The notes under the pieces: generated by a model
What the model saw: only the letters and a program-made list of their open reading frames with translations
What the model was told of the DNA's origin: nothing
Database searches by the model: none
DNA from: a virus
IMG/VR virus record: IMGVR_UViG_3300038366_000033
Coordinates: 14,378 to 78,377 of that record
DNA length: 64,000 nucleotides
Reading direction: 5' to 3' (one strand)
Made by a program: the position numbers and the translations under genes
Shown: positions 55,722 through 64,000 of the stretch, one piece after another
Layout of the letters: every line of letters starts with the position of its first letter
Position numbering within the stretch: the stretch's first letter is position 1

Positions 55722-57284
55722 TCAGTAGGCTAGCATTGCCTCGACGGGTTGCTTTCTCTCTATCGAGGATACTGCCATAGCGAGGGACATGACGGTGTCG
55801 TCGTGCTTTGCCGTAGACTCGTAAGTGATTGACCCAGACTGTGTCTCTGACGTGCCGAAACCTAATAGTTCGTTGTACAGCTTGTCTATGAGTTTCTGTG
55901 ACCTCTCTCCGCCTCGTGGTAGGATAAACTCTTCTGATTCTATCTCGTTCTTGAGACCGACCATCAGGTTGTTTCTGGCCTTCATCTTGAAGTCCTGTCC
56001 GGTGATTGGAAGTCCGGCTTGCTTGAGATTCTTCTTGGCCGTAGATCCGAAGTTGGTCTCGTCCAGAACTATGTCCTCAAAGTTAAATATTGAGTGAAGG
56101 TCACGAATCCTGTCCTGTTGAGAGTCGAGTCCCATGCCTCTGAGTCTCTCTATCCAGCGGACAACAGGCTTGCCACCGTCGTCGGGAACCTCGATAACGG
56201 TAAAGACCGAATAGTCTCCCTGGTGTGAAATAGCGAAGTCCGCACCCATGTAGTATCTGGCGTCGTCTCGTGGATTTTGACTGAAGCTCTCCTCGTTGTC
56301 GTAAAGTTCAATTATGTCATTCGGATCAAAGAGGTCTCCCTCGACCGCCAGAGGCTGGCACAGGTACTCTTTCTGAAACATGGTCATGTTCTCCTCTCGC
56401 AGCTTCATGATTTTCATCCTGTCGAAGTTCTCTGGGAAAAGTGGCTTGACGTTTTTACCTTCAACCTCAAAGCTACCTTCCTCGTCCTCCGGTACCTCTT
56501 CGTGGACGGAGTATGTCTTGTTCCAGTAACCCTTCGCAGAGATGTTGTCTCCTCCGTCGAGTTCATGATCGTTAAGCACGCCGTGGTCTGGACATTCGTA
56601 GGCCCCGTCATCGTTCTTGTAGGCCTCGGATCTACAGAGCTTACAGGTCGTAGGCATGTCGCCTTCTGAGACGTTTGCCATCAGGTCGTTCTCATGTACA
56701 GGTGTCGAGATGAGACAGATGTCTCCGCCCTGAGACTCTACTCGTGTTCTGACATTTCTGTGGAACTTCTCTTGGTCGTCGAACTCTGCGGCCTCGTCAC
56801 AGATTGCTAGGTCGACGTGAGCTCCCTTGACTGCCTTGGCTCCGTTTCCGACAGGCTTGCACTTAATCTCTCCGCCAGTGGTGAACTCGACCTTGGACTT
56901 GGACCATGAAGCGGATCTGTCCTCTGGCTTGAGGTCCTTGAGGTAGTCAGCGTGTTCGATGTGGTGTTTGATCTCGTTAAGGATCCTTGTCGCCTGAGAA
57001 AGTGTTGCAGAGATGATAAGTATTGATGTCTCCGGGTCTCTGAAGATACGCCAGAGCGGATAGAGAACTCCGGGAATAGAGGTCTTGCCCGATCCGGTGA
57101 ACGCCGTAATCGCCACCTTCTGGTTGTTTTCGAGAGCTCCGACCCACTCCTTGTGATAGTCCTTGATTATAACTCCAGACTCGGTGCTGTAGTAGTCTTG
57201 GTCTATGAAATTATCATTTGTGGCGAAGCTCTCAAAGCTCGTCTTGGCCTCGATTACCTGTCCAACGTTTGCGCCCTCGCTCAT
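55722..57284 (-). CDS. terL: terminase large subunit
   Basis: FTGSGKT, AICDEAA, ISTP, FQKEYLC, MGADFA, HDDTVMSLA. Confidence 0.95.
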   Translation of the reverse strand: MSEGANVGQVIEAKTSFESFATNDNFIDQDYYSTESGVIIKDYHKEWVGALENNQKVAITAFTGSGKTSIPGVLYPLWRIFRDPETSILIISATLSQATRILNEIKHHIEHADYLKDLKPEDRSASWSKSKVEFTTGGEIKCKPVGNGAKAVKGAHVDLAICDEAAEFDDQEKFHRNVRTRVESQGGDICLISTPVHENDLMANVSEGDMPTTCKLCRSEAYKNDDGAYECPDHGVLNDHELDGGDNISAKGYWNKTYSVHEEVPEDEEGSFEVEGKNVKPLFPENFDRMKIMKLREENMTMFQKEYLCQPLAVEGDLFDPNDIIELYDNEESFSQNPRDDARYYMGADFAISHQGDYSVFTVIEVPDDGGKPVVRWIERLRGMGLDSQQDRIRDLHSIFNFEDIVLDETNFGSTAKKNLKQAGLPITGQDFKMKARNNLMVGLKNEIESEEFILPRGGERSQKLIDKLYNELLGFGTSETQSGSITYESTAKHDDTVMSLAMAVSSIERKQPVEAMLAY

Positions 57285-57340
57285 CGGTATAGTAAGGGGA
57301 AAAGAGTTATAAAAAGTTATGCGTGTAACTATGATAGACT

Positions 57341-57655
57341 ATGACAACCTTTGACGAATATCAGACGAAAACTGGAGAAACTGTTGAATATCCTGAGGAC
57401 CAAGCTCTCGAATACTTGGCTCTCGGATTGAACGGTGAGGCCGGTGAGGTCGCAGAAAAAGTAAAAAAACACATAAGAGACGGAAAAAATCTTGATGAGA
57501 ACTTCGCTAAGGAGCTGGGTGACGTACTTTGGTATCTTGTTAGGCTTGTAGACGAGCTCGATTCCGACATTGAGACTGTTGCCATTCAGAACCTAGATAA
57601 GCTCTTTGACCGCAAGGAGAGAGGTAAGATTCAGGGCTCAGGTGATAACCGGTGA
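57341..57655 (+). CDS. MazG-like NTP pyrophosphohydrolase
   Basis: GLNGEAGEVAEKVKK, KELGDVLWY, GSGDNR. Confidence 0.9.
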   Translation: MTTFDEYQTKTGETVEYPEDQALEYLALGLNGEAGEVAEKVKKHIRDGKNLDENFAKELGDVLWYLVRLVDELDSDIETVAIQNLDKLFDRKERGKIQGSGDNR

Positions 57656-58464
57656 TTTCAGAAATGCTGGGTCTAGACGAAGACGACGAAGACCTTCTGG
57701 AGAATGGTGTGGAGAAGGTGAAAGAGAGAAGAGAATTGGATGAGGAAGTCAAGTCAGACAGAGACAGACTAGCAATGAAGCTATATAGTGAGAGTAAGCA
57801 TTTTCTTCCGTACTGGGACTCCAAGGATCGAGAGGTCAGCGAAGACACTGTAGGATTCATTTTCGAGTGCGAGATCACGATGCCTGACTCCTCAGACGAT
57901 GAAGAGGAGCTCGTAGAAGAAGACATCATAGACCAAGCCACTTCCGGGCTGACAGACAGGCACTGGGACGCCGTTACCGTTCTTGTAGACAAGAATGATT
58001 TTATCTCTGCCGAAGAACTGGCCGAGGAACTTGACATCACGAAGAACTACGCTAGGGTTCTGATCTACAACGTAAAACAAGAGGTTGACCTTGAGATGAA
58101 GAAAGACGGACGCAGAAAGCTGTACAAAATCCCTGAGGAGACTACAGACAACATGGTTATGCGACGTAAGTTCCTCAGCGAGATTTCTCACAATCAAGAA
58201 CAGGACCTAGAGACACTTAAGGAGAAAAACAGTGACTACGCAAATGACGGCGATCCGTTCAAGAACTTCCGCATGGTAGAGGACTCAGGCCTAGTATCTG
58301 TCGAGAAAGGTATCGCCGTCCGCATGAGTGACAAGATGCAGAGGACCTTCAACCTCTTAGAGAAGGACGCGGATGTTGACGACGAGACGATAGAAGACAC
58401 TCTCAGCGACCTCAGGAACTATGCAAACATTCTACAGGTCTACCTTGACGAGGAACGTGACTGA
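57652..58464 (+). CDS. wHTH fused to DUF1599/Nmad1-like domain
   Basis: ISAEELAEELDIT; KNSDYA..DPFKNF, VRMSDKMQR, DETIEDTLSDLRNYA. Confidence 0.75.
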   Translation: MISEMLGLDEDDEDLLENGVEKVKERRELDEEVKSDRDRLAMKLYSESKHFLPYWDSKDREVSEDTVGFIFECEITMPDSSDDEEELVEEDIIDQATSGLTDRHWDAVTVLVDKNDFISAEELAEELDITKNYARVLIYNVKQEVDLEMKKDGRRKLYKIPEETTDNMVMRRKFLSEISHNQEQDLETLKEKNSDYANDGDPFKNFRMVEDSGLVSVEKGIAVRMSDKMQRTFNLLEKDADVDDETIEDTLSDLRNYANILQVYLDEERD

Positions 58465-58730
58465 TGCAGACGACAGTGATTATAGCACACGACCTTGAGA
58501 GACAACTCGATGAGGTCCGGAGACGGAACCCTCACGACTTCAAGGTCAACAGAGACCATATGATAGTCACCGACAACAGGCATAAGATTCTTTTCAAGGA
58601 GCCACACGCACACTTCGTGAAAAACTGTGAGGCTGACGCAGTGATAAACAAGACAGACAAGGAAGAGCTCACTAAGAAAGCTCTGAGACCACAGGCGGAT
58701 GTAGATGTCGCCATGATGCAGCATGAATGA
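58464..58730 (+). CDS. hypothetical protein
   Basis: coupled ORF. Confidence 0.6.
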   Translation: MQTTVIIAHDLERQLDEVRRRNPHDFKVNRDHMIVTDNRHKILFKEPHAHFVKNCEADAVINKTDKEELTKKALRPQADVDVAMMQHE

Positions 58731-59085
58731 TCGCGAGCTCAGGGAGAAAAGGAATCAGAGCCTCCGTAACCTCGTCCAGGAAGACCGGAAAAAGGTCAAC
58801 AAACTCGATATCCACAGACAGAACAGTAAGAGACATGAGAAGAAGAAGTTTGAAATCTGCTGGGATCTTCTGCAGCGTGAAAAACAGTTTGTGACTGAGG
58901 CGAGGTTCAAGGACAGGGACTTGCGTGCCGATATCTATGTTCTCGACGACGATGAGATACACGAGGTCGAGACAAGCAAACAGGAGCTCATGGATCGCAA
59001 AGATAAGTATCCTCGGGCCAGCACATATGTCTGGCCTCTTTATTCTGACGAAGAAGTATTCACTCTCCAGCACAAAAACCTTTAA
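58723..59085 (+). CDS. restriction-endonuclease-fold protein (putative)
   Basis: FVTEARF...RADIYV...HEVETS. Confidence 0.5.
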   Translation: MNDRELREKRNQSLRNLVQEDRKKVNKLDIHRQNSKRHEKKKFEICWDLLQREKQFVTEARFKDRDLRADIYVLDDDEIHEVETSKQELMDRKDKYPRASTYVWPLYSDEEVFTLQHKNL

Positions 59086-59299
59086 CTGGCGCGAGCCCCC
59101 ATTTTTTCTTGATGGCAAAGGACGAGTGGACTGCATATGATCCCGAAACTGACCGCCTCAAAACTCTCGTAGCCGAGACACATCTTGAAGCTATTCGGAA
59201 AGCATACGAGAAAGGAGTGAAGCCACAGAGAACCGAGGACGTAAGACCAAGGACCTGTGACCGTGAGCTCCTTACTCAGGAGGAGTTTGAAGATTTACT

Positions 59300-59398
59300 A
59301 TGAAGTTCGAGTGCAAACACTGCGGCAAGACGTTCCGCAGTAAAGACAACAGAAGAAGACATGAAAATGACTGCAATACGGTTCAGAGAACACTATGA
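59300..59398 (+). CDS. 32-aa C2HC zinc-finger peptide (not in ORF track)
   Basis: MKFECKHCGKTFRSKDNRRRHENDC; ATGA overlaps on both sides. Confidence 0.7.
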   Translation: MKFECKHCGKTFRSKDNRRRHENDCNTVQRTL

Positions 59399-60363
59399 CA
59401 GAACATCTTATTTTCGGTGTAGACGGCCTCAATCATGATTTCGTACAGATGTTGGTTGACAGAGGTCTGATGCCAAATATAAAAAAGCTACAGCAACACA
59501 TAGACACTGAGTATGGAGAGTTCGAGTCATACATCTGTGACGGATATGATATGCCGCACACAGGACCGAACTGGACCTCTCTGTACACTGGTCTAAAGCC
59601 ACAGGAACACGGTATCACATCGGGTGGCTGGAACGACGGTGACTCCGAGTTTCATGTCATGAACACCATCTGGGACGAGCTGGGTGATGCCGGGCACGAG
59701 ATGTTCCTATACGGTATGCCTATGACCTACAAGGCAAAGGAGGTCAACGGTAAGATGGTTTCGGGTTTTATATCTACAACCTTGAAGAGTATGTTCTCGA
59801 ACTGTGTGTCGCCTGAGAGCTTTGAAGAGGATATACCTGATGACTTCATCGAAAATACTTCGAGTTACGTGGCGCGAGTGAAGACAGACGGTGCAAAGCC
59901 CAGTACTGACACCGACGAGTTTTACTCTGTCTTGAGCCCTGCAGAGAATGAGAGGCTACAGACGTTTCTGGACGTCCACGATGATGAAGACATCGTTGCA
60001 TATGGCACGACTCTGGTAGATAAGATCGGCCATGTGGCAGGGATTACCGAGGATTCGGAAAAAGCAAGAGAGGCGTATATTTTTCTTGACATGATACTTG
60101 GGGAGCTTCTGGAAGAGCTAGAGCCAACACATGTTACCATCATAAGCGATCATGGGTTCAGTGAGTTCTCTCACGACCTGCACGGGTACTTCTTAGACAA
60201 CACCGGACGTGGAATGAACAACATCTTTGACTTTACCCCATACATGGAGAGTATTTATGGTCTGGAAAACACAGACTACGGACCGACGGAAGAAGATAAC
60301 GACCTGACCACGTCTGAGGTTGACGATATCAAAAAACAACTAGGAGATCTGGGGTATTTCTAA
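59395..60363 (+). CDS. alkaline phosphatase superfamily (NPP/phosphodiesterase-like) protein
   Basis: FGVDG, HTGPNWTSLYTG.P.EHG, DKIGH, ISDHGF, C-terminal LGDLGY. Confidence 0.85.
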   Translation: MTEHLIFGVDGLNHDFVQMLVDRGLMPNIKKLQQHIDTEYGEFESYICDGYDMPHTGPNWTSLYTGLKPQEHGITSGGWNDGDSEFHVMNTIWDELGDAGHEMFLYGMPMTYKAKEVNGKMVSGFISTTLKSMFSNCVSPESFEEDIPDDFIENTSSYVARVKTDGAKPSTDTDEFYSVLSPAENERLQTFLDVHDDEDIVAYGTTLVDKIGHVAGITEDSEKAREAYIFLDMILGELLEELEPTHVTIISDHGFSEFSHDLHGYFLDNTGRGMNNIFDFTPYMESIYGLENTDYGPTEEDNDLTTSEVDDIKKQLGDLGYF

Positions 60364-60535
60364 ATGTACGACAAGCCTGAAGAATATCTGGACGAGGAAG
60401 AGGAAAAAGAGAAGAAAAGGAGGCGCTGGTGTATCGACAAAGCACTTGCGCTTGCGGAAAAACGGTCAACGAGTGACGAGAGGACTGATATGGGGAACAC
60501 CGAAGTCGTGGAGACGGCGTCCAGATTCCACGAGT

Positions 60536-60868
60536 TCATAACTCAAGAATCCGATTCTTGATAACGTCCCAACCGTAATCCTCGAAGTGATCTTCGACGC
60601 GGTCAAGCTGCTGTTCAGCCTTGTACAAATCCCTGTAATTCGTTTTGATCTCCTTGACGTATAGGACTTTGTTCTCTATATCAACTAGACCCACGTCGAT
60701 GTCGCCCTTCATCCTGCCTTTGTCGGGAGGATGGTCTCCGAACGGAACTTCGTCGTTCTCGTAGTAGTTGTATTCCTTCAGCGCGATGTCATACAGTGCG
60801 TCGTCATTATCAACGGCGTGCTCTGCCGGTATGTAGTGTTTCGTGACCGCACGGGAGTGACCGTTCAA
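60536..60868 (-). CDS. PD-(D/E)XK nuclease-like protein
   Basis: GDIDVGLVD...VKEIKT...QL. Confidence 0.6.
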   Translation of the reverse strand: MNGHSRAVTKHYIPAEHAVDNDDALYDIALKEYNYYENDEVPFGDHPPDKGRMKGDIDVGLVDIENKVLYVKEIKTNYRDLYKAEQQLDRVEDHFEDYGWDVIKNRILEL

Positions 60869-60874
60869 CCACGA

Positions 60875-62071
60875 TCACCTGTAGTTGATGTACTCGACCC
60901 ATGCGAACGGATTGTCGTCGGTCGCACCATGCACGTAACTCATTGCGTCACCAAAGATACTTAACTCTTCCTCGTGGCTACCTGGCGGCATGATGCTCGG
61001 AGCCATGATTATCGGAACTCCCAAGACGTTCTCTACGCGGTGATTGTGGTAGTGTCCTCTGTATGCTATGTCAAAGTCGTGGTTGTGCAGGAATCCGCGC
61101 CAATCACGCTGGGGCGATGATGTGCCTATGTGGTCTTTGACGTTGTGGCCGTGTCTAAGATGTCCCCGGTGACCTCTGATAGAGAAGTTGGTGTAGTTCG
61201 CTCTCTCTGACATGACAAAGCGGACGTTCTCAAGGTTCTCACGATGGCTCATTAGTTCGAGGTGGTTGTATACTATGTCATCTGCGTTTGCACCCTTGCT
61301 CTGTCCTCTGCCCCTGAACTCTCCGTGGTTTCCGTGCTGACAGACTACTTTCACCATCTCAAACCGCTCCGAGATACGCTCAATCTGTTCCATGTATACT
61401 GTGGTAGCTCTGGCAATCTGTTGATCGATGGTCGCGTCTATCTCGTATGCCTGTCCCTCGTAGATAGCTTCGTTTGTGACTATGTCGCCGCCCAGAAGAA
61501 GTACACAGGAGTCGAAATCTGTCTCTCTGTTGTTAGCAATAGATATTGCGTCCGTGAAGTAGTTCCTGACTCGCTCTTCAGCCACGTCACTGTCAAACTC
61601 CACCACTCCTCTCTCATCCTCGACAACGGCACCGAAGTGGTCGTCCCCTCTGTGTAATACAAGAGACTGTCCGCCTTCGCGTAGCGGCTCCGTAAGATGT
61701 GGGTTGAGTGGTCCGAGCTCTTTCTTGGCCTCCTTGACGGTCTCTTCAAGCTCGATGAGGTACTGGTTAGCATCCTTTGTCACAGATCTCTTCGTTTGGC
61801 CGTCATCTCGCTTCTGAACTACGTCGTTCACTTCCTCAGCGTCCTCGGAAATCATGTATCTCTTCGGATTGTTTCGTACACCCCCCTCTTTCTTGACTCC
61901 GTATTCATGTTCGTTAAGGAGAGTGACCACTTTCTTTGCCTCGTACCTAGAGAGGTCATATTTCTCTTGGAAATCGCTGTAGGTCAACCCTGACGACTGG
62001 AGATCGTTAATAATTCGCTTTTGGTCTTCGTCGGAAACACTACGTATGTTCTCGGAGAGCTCAAGGCTCAT
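60875..62071 (-). CDS. wHTH + calcineurin-like metallophosphoesterase
   Basis: GDDHFG, GGDIV, HGNHG, RHGH, GHYH. Confidence 0.85.
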   Translation of the reverse strand: MSLELSENIRSVSDEDQKRIINDLQSSGLTYSDFQEKYDLSRYEAKKVVTLLNEHEYGVKKEGGVRNNPKRYMISEDAEEVNDVVQKRDDGQTKRSVTKDANQYLIELEETVKEAKKELGPLNPHLTEPLREGGQSLVLHRGDDHFGAVVEDERGVVEFDSDVAEERVRNYFTDAISIANNRETDFDSCVLLLGGDIVTNEAIYEGQAYEIDATIDQQIARATTVYMEQIERISERFEMVKVVCQHGNHGEFRGRGQSKGANADDIVYNHLELMSHRENLENVRFVMSERANYTNFSIRGHRGHLRHGHNVKDHIGTSSPQRDWRGFLHNHDFDIAYRGHYHNHRVENVLGVPIIMAPSIMPPGSHEEELSIFGDAMSYVHGATDDNPFAWVEYINYR

Positions 62072-62150
62072 AAACACTATATGTTTATCACTCGATACAC
62101 TTAAAGGCTGGGTAATACTTTATATGTCTCCGAATAAAAGTAAATACTGT

Positions 62151-62669
62151 ATGGCTGACGATCCTAAGAAAGGTGATGGCTGGGATTTCGACGAGAGTGA
62201 AACTTGGGAGGAAGCGTTCGAGACGGACGAGAACGGCGAGGTAGACCTAGACCAGTATGACGAGTTTGACAGTATGCACGAGCTCGCAGCACACATTTCT
62301 GGTGCTGACGGATCAAGAGCTTATACTCCTGGCCAAGAAGATTATGAGATGAAGAAGAGACAGATGATGAACGACCGCTGGGAGGTGCCGGGTAAGATCG
62401 AACAGATAAGCGAATACCTAGAAGAGGAGGAGAATCTTACTCCAAACGAAATCAATCTGGACCCGTCCGCCGAGACCGAAATCTACATAAGTCAACAGGA
62501 TGCTAGAGCTCGCGGTCATGACACCAAGTATACGGTCCACTTCCTAGCTTATGACCCTGATGAACAGCCGGAGGATGGAGTGATTGACGCACAGTTTATG
62601 ATAGAAGGATCGTGGTACGACAAGGATCCGTCGAATATGAATCTGGAAGATGTGTTTGGCTACGATTAG
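62151..62669 (+). CDS. hypothetical acidic protein
   Basis: TTTATAT about 30 nt upstream of ATG 62151. Confidence 0.65.
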   Translation: MADDPKKGDGWDFDESETWEEAFETDENGEVDLDQYDEFDSMHELAAHISGADGSRAYTPGQEDYEMKKRQMMNDRWEVPGKIEQISEYLEEEENLTPNEINLDPSAETEIYISQQDARARGHDTKYTVHFLAYDPDEQPEDGVIDAQFMIEGSWYDKDPSNMNLEDVFGYD

Positions 62670-63403
62670 TCCTTAAGGTTGCCGTCCGGTTCGGCACGGC
62701 CGAGTTCTTTCTTTACCTCTACCTTGAAGGTCTCCTTGCCGCAGTAGAAACATTCGTCCTCGCACTTGTCGAAAGGATTCTCGTACTCTGTGCCCTCTTC
62801 TTCAGCGTGTCTGACAGCCTGTGCGACCGCCTTCATATTCTCGACAGTCTTGTCGAAAAGGTCTTGGTCAAAGTCGAAGGTATGTCTTATCATCTTTTCG
62901 TCCTCAGGGAAGCTTCCGTCTCGCGTGACGTATTCTAACTGCCCTGTTTCTACGCCGTCGAGACCGTAGATGTACATGTTGACTTGGCGTTTGTCCTTGT
63001 CCTTTGGTGCGTCTGTTACGTAGTATGTGTTGCCTGTGTACTTGTGGTCATAGACGTTGCCCTCGTCGTCAACAGCGTCGGCCTCTCCGTAGACGTAAAG
63101 GTCGAAGTCTGCCTCTGTCTCAATCCTGACGCGGACTCTTGTCTCCGTGCGCAGCGCCCTATCATCTATGAGCTCCGGCAGGTTGTGTTCCAGCCAGAAG
63201 TGATTGCGGGTCCCGGCGTGAAGTATGCCCTTGATATCTCTGGGCATCGTTGTGAGAGAGAACTTGCGGTTGTACATCTGGCGCTTGCAGTACCCGGTCA
63301 TCGAGGGAGAAAACTGGTTGTATGGTTTTGGGGTTCGGCCGTAGTCCGGTTCGATTACCTTTTCCTCGACGATTTTGTTCAGGAACAGAGGATCCTTACC
63401 CAC
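62666..63403 (-). CDS. Cas4-like Fe-S nuclease (solo)
   Basis: SPSMTGYC, GTRNH, GEAD, YDHK, QVNMY, C-terminal CEDECFYC. Confidence 0.8.
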   Translation of the reverse strand: MGKDPLFLNKIVEEKVIEPDYGRTPKPYNQFSPSMTGYCKRQMYNRKFSLTTMPRDIKGILHAGTRNHFWLEHNLPELIDDRALRTETRVRVRIETEADFDLYVYGEADAVDDEGNVYDHKYTGNTYYVTDAPKDKDKRQVNMYIYGLDGVETGQLEYVTRDGSFPEDEKMIRHTFDFDQDLFDKTVENMKAVAQAVRHAEEEGTEYENPFDKCEDECFYCGKETFKVEVKKELGRAEPDGNLKD

Positions 63404-63785
63404 TCTCGAACAACTCCTTAGACTGTTTGTAAGCTTTCTCGAAGAGAGTGCGTTTGAGCTCCAGTAGCTTGACGGTCTCTTTGTCCTTTTCTCTGACCAT
63501 CGCCTCCATCCTGTCGAAGCGTGTGTTGGTTCTGAGCTTCAGAAGTCTGAGTCTTCCTACCTCTGTAACTTCCCACATGAGATCGTCGTTGACGCCCTCG
63601 GGGATCCGTTTGATGAGGTTCTGTGACTCAAGACCGCGCACCTCTACCTGTATTCGCTCTGGTTTACAATTATACTTGTCGCCGATTTCTTTTAGCGTGA
63701 GAGAAGGGTTCAGCGCCAAAACTTGGAACACCGATTCCTGATTTGCCGTGAGGTCACCCGTGACTCTGTCTTCCACCAAATCCAT
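63396..63785 (-). CDS. winged-HTH regulator
   Basis: LTLKEIGDK...LESQNLIKR...WEVTEVG; start at MDLVED. Confidence 0.7.
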   Translation of the reverse strand: MDLVEDRVTGDLTANQESVFQVLALNPSLTLKEIGDKYNCKPERIQVEVRGLESQNLIKRIPEGVNDDLMWEVTEVGRLRLLKLRTNTRFDRMEAMVREKDKETVKLLELKRTLFEKAYKQSKELFESG

Positions 63786-64000
63786 GGATGGTATCAAGTA
63801 AAGCACCCTTAAATAAGTGTTGACGCAATACCGACAGCACATGCTGCACGGACTACCGGAGATCGAGACACGCTGATGTACTGCAGAAGGTATGCTGCAA
63901 ATGCTCTGACAGAATTGCCCATGTATCCGAGTGACTCGGGAGTTATGCCGGACTCGCGGATGTCTCGCGAAGTATCTATGCCGTGATCGCCGAATACTTC

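Noticed and set aside
26700-56700. Many plus-strand Ser/Leu/Phe-rich ORFs in the ORF track
   Set aside because: They are antisense shadows of acidic minus-strand genes; the same applies to minus-strand shadows in the left arm.
62666-63403. CRISPR-Cas system
   Set aside because: Solo Cas4-like nucleases are common in archaeal viruses; no cas1, cas2 or array is present.

Overview
Most of the genome of a tailed, siphovirus-like dsDNA virus of a hypersaline archaeon. Proteins are strongly Asp/Glu-rich, promoters are archaeal BRE/TATA type, many mRNAs appear leaderless and RBS motifs are GGTGA/GGAGG. Layout: 1-24.1 kb (mainly +) holds early, replication, recombination and nucleotide genes (two P-loop ATPases, Hjc, RadA, ERCC4, PD-(D/E)XK exonuclease, SSB, class Ia RNR, a Mom-like enzyme, two DNA methyltransferases, many Zn-finger microproteins). 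24.1-57.3 kb (-) is the late module (terminase, portal, modular protease-scaffold, HK97-type capsid, neck, tube, chaperones, tape measure, large adhesins, a trypsin-like protease and Alba). 57.3-64 kb holds nucleotide-processing and nuclease genes. No DNA polymerase, integrase, sheath, complete tRNA or CRISPR array is visible. A viral Alba gene, abundant CTAG and S-layer-like tail domains suggest a Nanohaloarchaeota (DPANN) host rather than Halobacteria (inference). Main points of interest: (i) several structured intergenic RNA candidates, most with a promoter-like element, including an anticodon-less tRNA top half, plus a catalytically degenerate CCA-adding enzyme; (ii) a head-cargo cassette between portal and capsid; (iii) an ORB-like, repeat-containing candidate origin; (iv) a trypsin-like protease where lysis genes often sit. 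All family calls come from motif recognition by eye; no database was searched.
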